64,000 nucleotides of DNA from Eubacteriales bacterium (GTDB lineage Bacteria > Bacillota > Clostridia > Christensenellales > CAG-138). The notes under the pieces were generated by a model. That model was not told where the DNA came from, did not search any database, and saw nothing but the letters and a program-made list of their open reading frames with translations. The stretch is from positions 22,574 to 86,573 of the forward strand of contig DAOTGE010000003.1 of assembly GCA_035446965.1 (NCBI GenBank), in the 5' to 3' direction. Positions 18,709-26,636 of the stretch are shown here, in pieces. The position numbers and the translations under genes are program-made. Each line of letters begins with the position of its first letter. Within the stretch, counting starts at the first letter, position 1.

Positions 18709-19467
18709 ATGAACAAAAACTTACTGATCGCAAGCAACAACACCACCGATGCAAAGGGGATCGAGTCCGCCTTCCATGGCGTGGAGGGCATTCGCCTTCT
18801 GCCGAGCGTCTTTACAGGGCGGGACGCAATGGACATGATCTTTGCGCGGGACGTGCATATTTTAATTCTCGACCTGTTCTTGCATGATCTGGACGGCATC
18901 TCTGTTCTGGATTTTATCGGGAAACTTGGCGAGGACCGCAGGCCGCTGGTGTTTCTGACCACCGCCGTTGCGGACGACCGGCTTTTGAACGTTGTGAAAG
19001 ACAGGGTGTTGTACTGCTTTACGAAACCTTTGAAATATGAGATCGTCCAGCTGCGTGTGCTGGAGTTCCTGCGACTGTGCGAGCGTGAAACAGAGACGGC
19101 GGACGATGCGCTGGACATTCTGGAAAGCCAGATTGCGTCGGGTATCCGCGCCATCGGCGTTCCGGCGCACCTGAAAGGCTACTACTACCTGCGCGATGCA
19201 ATCCGCATCTATGCGATGAGCGAGTCGCCCGTGGATTTGAGCATTACAAACGACATTTATCCGACCGTGGCAAAGATTTACAACACCCGGCCGCCGCTTG
19301 TCGAGCACGCGATGCGCAATGCGATCGAAATCGCCTGGACGCGCGGCAATCAGGACGCAATAAAAGAATATTTCGGCTATACGTTCAGTGACTATAAAGG
19401 GAAGCCGAGCAATCTCGAATTCGTTGCAATGATGGCGCAGCGTGCGCTGACCTATATTAAGAAATAA
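18709..19467 (+). CDS. spo0A: Spo0A-type response regulator (Spo0A_C DNA-binding domain) with an atypical receiver
   Basis: The C-terminal domain is diagnostic: IRAIGVPAHLKGYYYLRDAI...ITNDIYPTVAKIYNTRPPLVEHAMRNAIEIAWTRGN...FGYT...KPSNLEFVAMMA. The receiver keeps D55/T/K, but the N-terminal acidic pair reads SN (see findings). Confidence 0.9.
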   Translation: MNKNLLIASNNTTDAKGIESAFHGVEGIRLLPSVFTGRDAMDMIFARDVHILILDLFLHDLDGISVLDFIGKLGEDRRPLVFLTTAVADDRLLNVVKDRVLYCFTKPLKYEIVQLRVLEFLRLCERETETADDALDILESQIASGIRAIGVPAHLKGYYYLRDAIRIYAMSESPVDLSITNDIYPTVAKIYNTRPPLVEHAMRNAIEIAWTRGNQDAIKEYFGYTFSDYKGKPSNLEFVAMMAQRALTYIKK

Positions 19468-19474
19468 GAGAGAA

Positions 19475-19504
19475 AAGCCGTGCGGATAATGCGCGGCCTT
19501 TTTA
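19475..19504 (+). terminator. Intrinsic terminator after spo0A
   Basis: agccgtgcg-gataat-gcgcggc(c) stem with one G:U pair, followed by ttttt. Confidence 0.5.
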
Positions 19505-19584
19505 AGTGAGTGTGACAAGGCTACGCTTTGCAGAATTGACGGAGCGGGCGTTTCATCGTAAACTGAAATCGTGAGGTGATTATC

Positions 19585-20781
19585 ATGAAACAACAACCGG
19601 ATTTAAAAAAACGCGCGATCGTAATCGTTCTCGACAGCGTTGGTATCGGCGAACAGCCGGACGCTGCGGAATTTGGCGACGTTGGATCGCATACGCTCGG
19701 CAACATTCAAAAAGTCCGCGGCAGACTCGATCTGCCGAACATGAAAGCGCTCGGGCTGGCGAAGATTGAAGACAGCCGCCTTACGCCGATTGCGGAAGAG
19801 CCGGTCGGCTGCTTCGGCAAATGCGCGGAACTCACCAAGGCGAAGGACACCACCTGCGGACATTGGGAAATGGCCGGGCTTCCGCTCAAACAGCCGTTCA
19901 AGACGTATCCAAACGGCTTCCCGAAGGAACTGATGGCGGAGTTTGAGGCCAGGATTGGCCGCGGCACGCTCGGCAACACCGTCGCCAGCGGAACGGTCAT
20001 CATCAACGAGCTTGGCGACGAGCACGTGAAGACCGGCAAACCCATCGTTTATACTTCGGCGGACAGTGTGTTTCAGATTGCCGCGCACGAAGAGGTAATC
20101 CCGCTGAAAGAGCAGTATCGCATCTGCGAAATCGCGCGCGAACTGCTCAACGACGAAAGCTACCTCGTCGGCCGCGTGATCGCCCGGCCGTTCCTCGGCG
20201 GCAACGGCAAGTACACGCGCACGGAGAACCGCAAGGACTACGCGGTGGAGCCGTTTTCGGACACCATACTCGACGCGCTCGACAAAAAAGGCCTGCCCGT
20301 CGTCGGCATCGGCAAAATCGAGGATATCTTCTGCCACCGCGGCGTGACCATCGTCGATCACACGCGCAATAACCCCGCGGGCATCGCATCGACCGTGCGC
20401 TATCTTTCGGAAGGCACGGGCAGCTTTATTTTCAGCAATCTTGTAGACTTCGACATGCTGTACGGGCATCGCAACAACGTGGAAGGATACGCAAAAGCAC
20501 TGGAGGATTTCGATAAGGCTCTGCCGGAGATCCTGCGCGCGATGAAGGAAGGCGACATCCTGATGATCACAGCCGACCACGGGTGCGATCCGACCACGCC
20601 GAGCACGGACCATTCGCGCGAGTATATTCCGCTGCTTGTGACCGGTGCGCACGTGAAAAAGGGCGTGGATCTGGGCATCCGGAAGAGTTTTGCGGATATC
20701 GGTGCAACGGTTTACGAATACCTGACCGGGGAGATTTGGAACGCGGGCGAATCGTTCCTTGACGAAATTCTGGAGGCTTGA
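19585..20781 (+). CDS. deoB: Phosphopentomutase
   Basis: IVLDSVGIGE.PDA..FGD.GS.TLG.I, TADHGCDPT and the overall DeoB pattern are present. The ATG at 19585 lies 8 nt after gagg. Confidence 0.95.
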   Translation: MKQQPDLKKRAIVIVLDSVGIGEQPDAAEFGDVGSHTLGNIQKVRGRLDLPNMKALGLAKIEDSRLTPIAEEPVGCFGKCAELTKAKDTTCGHWEMAGLPLKQPFKTYPNGFPKELMAEFEARIGRGTLGNTVASGTVIINELGDEHVKTGKPIVYTSADSVFQIAAHEEVIPLKEQYRICEIARELLNDESYLVGRVIARPFLGGNGKYTRTENRKDYAVEPFSDTILDALDKKGLPVVGIGKIEDIFCHRGVTIVDHTRNNPAGIASTVRYLSEGTGSFIFSNLVDFDMLYGHRNNVEGYAKALEDFDKALPEILRAMKEGDILMITADHGCDPTTPSTDHSREYIPLLVTGAHVKKGVDLGIRKSFADIGATVYEYLTGEIWNAGESFLDEILEA

Positions 20782-20782
20782 C

Positions 20783-21598
20783 ATGCGGCAAGTAATCGAA
20801 GCCGCGGCGAGACAGCTGGCGCCGCTCTGCGGAGAAACCTGTAAAACCGGTCTGATCCTCGGATCCGGACTTGGCGGCTATGCAGAAAAGCTGAGCGACC
20901 CGAGAACATTGGATTATGCGGACATCCCGGGCTTTCCGCGTTCGCATGTGGAAGGGCACAAAGGCAGGTTCGTCGTCGGCGAACGATTCGGCAAAACCGT
21001 GATTTGCATGCAGGGACGCTTTCATTACTATGAGGGCTACAAGCAGGATCAGCTTGCGCTGAGCGTGCGCGTTATGCGGCGGCTTGGCGTTGAAAAACTG
21101 CTGCTGACCAACGCGGCGGGCGGCGTGAATCTTTCGTTCAAGCCCGGCGATCTGATGCTGATTTCCGACCACATCAATTTTTCCGGTTCCAACCCGCTGA
21201 TGGGACCCAACGACGATTCGTTTGGTCCGCGTTTCCCCGACATGGGGAATGTATACGACAAAACTCTGCGGGAACAGGTGAAGCAAACCGCGGCGGAGAA
21301 AGGCATTGCTCTGCAGGAAGGCGTGTACATGATGTTTACGGGGCCGAGCTTTGAAACCCCCGCGGAAATCGTGATGGCGCGCACGCTCGGCGCGTCCGCC
21401 GTCGGAATGTCCACCGTGCCGGAGGCAATCGCCGCGCGGCACTGCGGAATCAAAACGGTCGGCATTTCTCTGATTACCAATATGGCGGCGGGCGTACTCG
21501 ATCAAACGCTTACGCACGAGGAAGTACAATTTGCCGCAGCGCAGGCTTCCGAACGGTTCACTCGTTTGGTGGACGGCATGCTAGAGCGCGTTTTTTAA
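20783..21598 (+). CDS. punA: Purine nucleoside phosphorylase (PunA / trimeric PNP type)
   Basis: ILGSGLG, GH.GRFV.G, MQGRFH.YEG, TNAAGG and GPSFETPAE..M....GA.AVGMSTVPE are present. The ATG at 20783 follows ggagg, 1 nt after the deoB stop. Confidence 0.93.
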   Translation: MRQVIEAAARQLAPLCGETCKTGLILGSGLGGYAEKLSDPRTLDYADIPGFPRSHVEGHKGRFVVGERFGKTVICMQGRFHYYEGYKQDQLALSVRVMRRLGVEKLLLTNAAGGVNLSFKPGDLMLISDHINFSGSNPLMGPNDDSFGPRFPDMGNVYDKTLREQVKQTAAEKGIALQEGVYMMFTGPSFETPAEIVMARTLGASAVGMSTVPEAIAARHCGIKTVGISLITNMAAGVLDQTLTHEEVQFAAAQASERFTRLVDGMLERVF

Positions 21599-21611
21599 CG
21601 GTATTGCGGGG

Positions 21612-21869
21612 CAAAACGCGTCCGCGCAGCCTTCGCGGACGCGTTTGACCGTCAAAAACCTTGTTTTTTGACGGGACAACCGCTCTTTGTCTCGCGCCCT
21701 TCGGGCTTCCGACCGGCAAAGAGCACAGAGAAACCGCCCGAAACGGGCAATCCGTTACGCCGGATAAACCGGCGCAGCCGAAATCAATGCGTTAAGGGCC
21801 GCGACCCTTAACAATCCCATGTTTTTTGACAGACTGACACGTCCGCATGAGTGTTACGGACGCGTTTTT
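21612..21869. repeat. Hairpin-dense intergenic element bounded by ~52-nt imperfect inverted repeats (REP/BIME- or MITE-like; the left arm probably also serves as the punA terminator)
   Basis: Left arm 21612-21663 is caaaacgcgtccgcgcagccttcgcggacgcgtttgaccgtcaaaaaccttg. The reverse complement of 21818-21869 is aaaaacgcgtccgtaacactcatgcggacgtgtcagtctgtcaaaaaacatg. By hand alignment about 34 of 42 positions match outside the internal hairpin loop. At least five further stem-loops lie between the arms. Confidence 0.4.
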
Positions 21870-21966
21870 CTTAAATGTTCTGCAGAATTTGAAAAACGGA
21901 CGAATTGTTAAAAAATGGCGTACGTTTGTAAGGAAACGAACAGATTTGGTTCGGACTTGATTTGGC

Positions 21967-21996
21967 TTGCCAGACAAGCCGTCAAGGGATTATAAT
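21967..21996 (+). promoter_or_regulatory. Sigma-A-type promoter of the small ATPase / thrC unit
   Basis: TTGCCA (21967-21972), 18 nt, TATAAT (21991-21996), 30 nt upstream of the TTG start. Confidence 0.5.
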
Positions 21997-22025
21997 AAAA
22001 AAAAGCCACAAGGAGGACTACGATT

Positions 22026-22436
22026 TTGATTGGAGTCATATTCGGCGAAAAAGGTACGGGCAAGACAAAGCAGATTCTCGAGATGGCAAACAAATCCGTC
22101 AAGACAGCCAAGGGAAACATCATTTTCATTGACGACGACAACAGCTATATGTACGACCTCTCCACGAAAGCTCGCTTCATCAACGCGGCGGAATTCAGCA
22201 TCACGACACCCAAGATGCTTTACGGCTTCCTCTGCGGACTTGCGGCGAGTGATTTTGATTTAGAGACGATCTACATCGACGGACTTTTAAGCATCATTCA
22301 TCATTCGACCGATACGCTGGAAGGCTTCTTTACCGACTTAAAGGCTTTTTCTGAAAAATATTCGCTGAATATCATCATGAGCATCACCGGCAGCAAACAG
22401 ACGGAACCTCCTTTTATGCAGGATTACGTACTTTGA
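22026..22436 (+). CDS. Minimal (136 aa) P-loop NTPase of unknown function
   Basis: TTG start lies 9 nt after AGGAGG. Walker A is GEKGTGKT at residues 6-13 and Walker B-like is NIIFIDDD. No other recognisable domain is present. The region looks visibly AT-richer than its neighbours. Confidence 0.6.
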   Translation: MIGVIFGEKGTGKTKQILEMANKSVKTAKGNIIFIDDDNSYMYDLSTKARFINAAEFSITTPKMLYGFLCGLAASDFDLETIYIDGLLSIIHHSTDTLEGFFTDLKAFSEKYSLNIIMSITGSKQTEPPFMQDYVL

Positions 22437-22471
22437 GAGTCGGAAGAAAATAAAATAAGGATCAGTATTTC

Positions 22472-23938
22472 ATGCAATACCTGAGCACAAGAGGCGGCGA
22501 ACCGGTCGGCGCGGCGCGCGCGATCGTGCGCGGCATCAGCCCGTCGGGCGGGTTGTACGTCCCGGAGGAATATCCCAAAATTGAAGCTTCCAATTCAAAG
22601 CGCGGCAGCTACCAAGCCACCGCGCTTCGTATCATGCGCGCATACCTGCCCGAGACGGACGAACAGCGCCTTTTTGATATGATCGAAGCGGCGTACGCCA
22701 GTTTTGACGCGCCGGACGTAGCGCCGCTGGTGCGGCTGACCGAAACGGAATCCGTTCTGGAGCTTTGGCACGGGCCGACGATGGCGTTTAAAGACGTTGC
22801 TTTGCAGATGCTGCCGCATCTGATGAAAGAGTCTTTGCGGCAAACCGGCGAAGAGAAAAACGTGTACATCCTTGTTGCGACGTCCGGCGATACGGGCAAA
22901 GCCGCGCTGGAGGGGTTTAAGGACGTAGAAGGAACGCGCGTGCTGGTGTTTTACCCGCACGGCGGCGTTTCGGAAGCACAGCGCCTGCAGATGGTTACCC
23001 AGGAAGGCGGGAACGTGGACGTCTGCGCGGTATGCGGCAATTTCGACGACGCACAGACCGGGGTCAAGCAGATTTTCGCTTCAAAAAAGACGGCACAAGA
23101 GCTTGCGGCGCAGGGCTGGCGGCTTTCAAGCGCAAACTCCATTAACTTCGGGCGGCTGCTGCCGCAGATCGTCTATTACTACACGAGCTACGAAACGCTG
23201 CTTGCGCGCGGGGAAATCCAACCCGGCGAAAAAATCAACTTCTGCGTGCCGACCGGAAATTTCGGCGACATCCTCGCCGGCGAATACGCGCGGCGGATGG
23301 GCCTGCCGGTGAATAAACTGATCTGCGCCTCCAACCGCAACAACGTGCTCACGGACTTTTTCGCTTCCGGCGTGTATGACGACCGCCGGCCGTTTTACAA
23401 GAGCATGAGCTGCTCGATCGATATCCTGATTTCTTCAAACCTGGAACGGCTGCTCTTTGAGCTGGCCGGACGGGACGACGAAACGGTGCGGAACTGGATG
23501 TCGCAACTGAAGGAGAAGGGGATGTATGCGCTCCCGCAGAGCGCGCTGGACGAACTGAAAAAAACGTTTGACGCGGGTTGGTGCACCGAAGAAGATACGC
23601 TGGGAACGATCAGGCGTACGTTTGAAAAAACAGGGTATCTCATGGACCCGCACACCGCCGTTGCGCAGTGCGTCTATGAGCGGTACGCGGAGCGGACGGG
23701 GGACAAAACGAAGACGGTACTGCTTTCCACAGCAAACCCGTATAAGTTTGCAACGCACGTGCTCGGCGCATTCGAAGAGACGGGCGGAGACGATTTTGCC
23801 AACGCAGAGCGACTGCATGCGCGCACGAAAACGCCGGTGCCGCGCGGCATCAGCGCGCTGAAGGGCAAGCCGGAACGGCATATGGACGTCTGCGCGCTTT
23901 CCGAAATGACGGAGCGCGTGCTCGATCCCGTACGGTAA
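22472..23938 (+). CDS. thrC: Threonine synthase
   Basis: MQYLSTRG......A...GI.P.GGLYVPE and the PLP lysine context GPTMAFKD are present. At 488 aa it is the long ThrC type. Confidence 0.95.
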   Translation: MQYLSTRGGEPVGAARAIVRGISPSGGLYVPEEYPKIEASNSKRGSYQATALRIMRAYLPETDEQRLFDMIEAAYASFDAPDVAPLVRLTETESVLELWHGPTMAFKDVALQMLPHLMKESLRQTGEEKNVYILVATSGDTGKAALEGFKDVEGTRVLVFYPHGGVSEAQRLQMVTQEGGNVDVCAVCGNFDDAQTGVKQIFASKKTAQELAAQGWRLSSANSINFGRLLPQIVYYYTSYETLLARGEIQPGEKINFCVPTGNFGDILAGEYARRMGLPVNKLICASNRNNVLTDFFASGVYDDRRPFYKSMSCSIDILISSNLERLLFELAGRDDETVRNWMSQLKEKGMYALPQSALDELKKTFDAGWCTEEDTLGTIRRTFEKTGYLMDPHTAVAQCVYERYAERTGDKTKTVLLSTANPYKFATHVLGAFEETGGDDFANAERLHARTKTPVPRGISALKGKPERHMDVCALSEMTERVLDPVR

Positions 23939-24003
23939 ACTAAAAATAAACAAACGACGCGGCAGTAAAACCGCACAATTGCGAAAGAAGCGACCTGAAT
24001 TAA

Positions 24004-25221
24004 ATGAAGAGGCTGAATTCCTCGACAATTTCCATCATTGTCTGTATTGTGATCATCGCGGTGCTCTCGTTCACGCTGGTTTTCGTGCTTAACGAGCGCG
24101 CGGCGGAACAAAGCGCCGACCTTGCCCCGCTTGCCGAGCTGGCGGAGACCATCCAGTCCCAGTTTTATTTTTATGACGAGGACGGACTGGACAGCGAACA
24201 GCTGGTGGACGGCGCGATGCGCGGCATGGTCGATACGCTCAACGACCCGTATGCGCAGTATTTTACCGAAGAAGAATATAACGAACTGCTGGAAACGAAT
24301 GCCGGAGACTATGTCGGCATCGGCATCAGCGTGCAGGAACCGGACGAAACGGGCAGCATGGTCGTCAGCGTATATTCCGGCGGTCCGGCGGACCTGGCCG
24401 GGATCCGTGCCGGGGACGTGCTGACGAATGTGAACGGAACGGACGTTGGCGGCCTTTCGCTTGAAGAACTGCTCGCGTGCTTTTCCGAAGACGACGCCGT
24501 GCCGGACGAACTGACCTACCTGCGCGATGGCGAGGAAACGACGGTTTCGGTGCTGCGGGCGGAGGTACATATTAATCGTGTGCTTTCGACCGTGTATAAC
24601 GGGAATGTCGGTTACATCCGCATCACGGAGTTCAACGGCAGCGTTGCGGACGACTTTTGGACGGCGGCGAGCGAATTGCAGCAGCAGGGGATCGATAACT
24701 TGATCCTTGACCTGCGGGACAATCCCGGCGGCGGGCTGACCGAGGTGCTTGACGTTGCGGACCACTTCGTACCCGAAGGAAAGACGATTGTCACGATCAA
24801 ATCGCGCAGCGGCAGCGAAGACGTTTACACCAGCGAGGGAAACGAGCAGCTGAACATGAATATCGCCGTACTGGTCAACGGGAACTCCGCGTCGGCCAGC
24901 GAACTGCTCACCGGCGCGCTGCAGGACTACGGTCTTGCAACCATCGTCGGCACGCAGACGTATGGCAAGGGTATTGTGCAGAGTTTTTATCGTATCAGCG
25001 AAAACGGCGGCTGGGTTAAGATTACGACGGATGCATACTACACGCCGAACGACGTCTGCATCCATGGCGTCGGCATCACGCCGGACATTGTGATCGACCT
25101 GCCGGAAGAACTGCAGGGTACGGCGCTGGAGCTGATTAATCCGCTGGAAGACACACAACTGCAAAGGGCGCTTGCGCTCTTTGGCACGCAGGCGAGCGCG
25201 GGCGTATGCGCCAGCCGCTGA
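24004..25221 (+). CDS. S41 family C-terminal processing peptidase (Ctp/Prc-like)
   Basis: N-terminal TM anchor, PDZ (GGPADLAGIRAGDVL), catalytic Ser context LVNGNSASASE and Lys context TYGKG. Confidence 0.92.
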   Translation: MKRLNSSTISIIVCIVIIAVLSFTLVFVLNERAAEQSADLAPLAELAETIQSQFYFYDEDGLDSEQLVDGAMRGMVDTLNDPYAQYFTEEEYNELLETNAGDYVGIGISVQEPDETGSMVVSVYSGGPADLAGIRAGDVLTNVNGTDVGGLSLEELLACFSEDDAVPDELTYLRDGEETTVSVLRAEVHINRVLSTVYNGNVGYIRITEFNGSVADDFWTAASELQQQGIDNLILDLRDNPGGGLTEVLDVADHFVPEGKTIVTIKSRSGSEDVYTSEGNEQLNMNIAVLVNGNSASASELLTGALQDYGLATIVGTQTYGKGIVQSFYRISENGGWVKITTDAYYTPNDVCIHGVGITPDIVIDLPEELQGTALELINPLEDTQLQRALALFGTQASAGVCASR

Positions 25222-25262
25222 AACAGGCCGACACGGCACGTCAACGAGTAAAGGAGAGAGTT

Positions 25263-26507
25263 ATGTACAATATTCGCGATATCGCGCTTGCACCGTCCGG
25301 TGAACAGAAAATTGAATGGGTACGGCGGAACATGCCGATTCTCAACGGCGTACGGGAAACGTTTGAGCGCGAACAGCCTTTTAAAGGACTGAAGATTGCG
25401 CTGTCGATCCACCTCGAAGCAAAGACCGCTTACCTTTGCCGCGTGCTTGCCGCAGGCGGCGCAGAGATGTACATCACCGGCAGCAATCCACTTTCAACGC
25501 AGGACGACATCGCCGCCGCGCTTGCGGCGGGCGGATTGAACGTTTTTGCGCTGCACGGCTGCACCATGGAAGAATATGACGCCTGCATCGAAAGCGTACT
25601 GACGGCGGGACCGGACATCGTCATTGACGACGGCGGGGACATCGTGCACGCGGTGCATACGAAACACAAGGAACTCGAAGGACGCATTCTCGGCGGATGC
25701 GAGGAAACGACGACCGGCATCGTGCGCCTGGTTGCAATGGAGAAGGCGGGCGAGCTGAAGTTCCCGATGTTCGCGGTTAATAACGCAGACTGCAAGCACC
25801 TCTTCGACAACCGCTATGGCACCGGCCAGAGCGTGTTTGACGGCATCGACCGCACGACGAACCTCGTGGTTGCGGGCAAGACCGTCGTCGTCGCGGGGTA
25901 CGGCTGGTGCGGAAAGGGCGTTGCGATGCGGGCAAAAGGTCTCGGCGCGCACGTAATCGTGACCGAAGTCGACCCGATCCGCGCAATCGAGGCGGTCATG
26001 GACGGGTTTGCCGTCATGCCGATGCGCCAAGCCGCGCCCGCCGGCGACCTGTTTATTACGGTGACGGGCGATATTAAAGTTGTGGACGAAGAGGATTTCC
26101 TTCTGATGAAAGACGGCGCGGTGCTCTGCAACGCGGGACATTTCGACGTGGAAGTCAACGTGCACCGTCTGGCGGAGATTGCCGAAGAAAAACGCGAAAT
26201 GCGCCGGAACATTATGGGGTACCGGCTGAAGAACGGCAGGTGGCTGCATGTGCTCGGCGAAGGGAGGCTGGTCAACCTCGCTGCGGGCGACGGGCATCCG
26301 GTTGAAATTATGGACATGAGTTTCGGCATTCAGGCACTCTGTGCGCGCTACATTGCGGTGCATAAGGGCGAGCTCACCGCAAAACTGTACGCGGTGCCTG
26401 CAGAAATAGACCGGGAGGTCGCGGAACGAAAGCTGGCTGCGCTCGGCGTGCGCATCGACACGCTCACAGACGAGCAGAAAGCGTATCTGGACAGCTGGGA
26501 CGCCTAA
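25263..26507 (+). CDS. ahcY: Adenosylhomocysteinase
   Basis: IALAPSGEQKIEW...MP.L, HLEAKTA and the NAD-binding motif VAGYGWCGKG are present. The ATG at 25263 follows aaggagag; the ORF-track start at 25206 overlaps the protease gene. Confidence 0.96.
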   Translation: MYNIRDIALAPSGEQKIEWVRRNMPILNGVRETFEREQPFKGLKIALSIHLEAKTAYLCRVLAAGGAEMYITGSNPLSTQDDIAAALAAGGLNVFALHGCTMEEYDACIESVLTAGPDIVIDDGGDIVHAVHTKHKELEGRILGGCEETTTGIVRLVAMEKAGELKFPMFAVNNADCKHLFDNRYGTGQSVFDGIDRTTNLVVAGKTVVVAGYGWCGKGVAMRAKGLGAHVIVTEVDPIRAIEAVMDGFAVMPMRQAAPAGDLFITVTGDIKVVDEEDFLLMKDGAVLCNAGHFDVEVNVHRLAEIAEEKREMRRNIMGYRLKNGRWLHVLGEGRLVNLAAGDGHPVEIMDMSFGIQALCARYIAVHKGELTAKLYAVPAEIDREVAERKLAALGVRIDTLTDEQKAYLDSWDA

Positions 26508-26515
26508 ATTCGTAG

Positions 26516-26544
26516 TTTACAAGGCTTTTTCAAACTGTTACAAT
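26516..26544 (+). promoter_or_regulatory. Sigma-A-type promoter upstream of the EF-G paralog
   Basis: TTTACA (26516-26521), a 17-nt spacer ending in TGt (extended -10), then TACAAT (26539-26544). Confidence 0.45.
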
Positions 26545-26636
26545 AACATTTGGCACGTATCCTGCGTCTTACGCAATGAATTCGACCGTTCCATACGGCG
26601 GCAGATAAACATCAAATCAATACAGGGGGAACCGAA

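Noticed and set aside
22437-22471. A possible T-box or riboswitch leader before thrC, ahcY or the ABC transporter.
   Set aside because: The spacers are too short (35-45 nt, or overlapping genes). No specifier, T-box, TPP or SAM consensus elements were seen.
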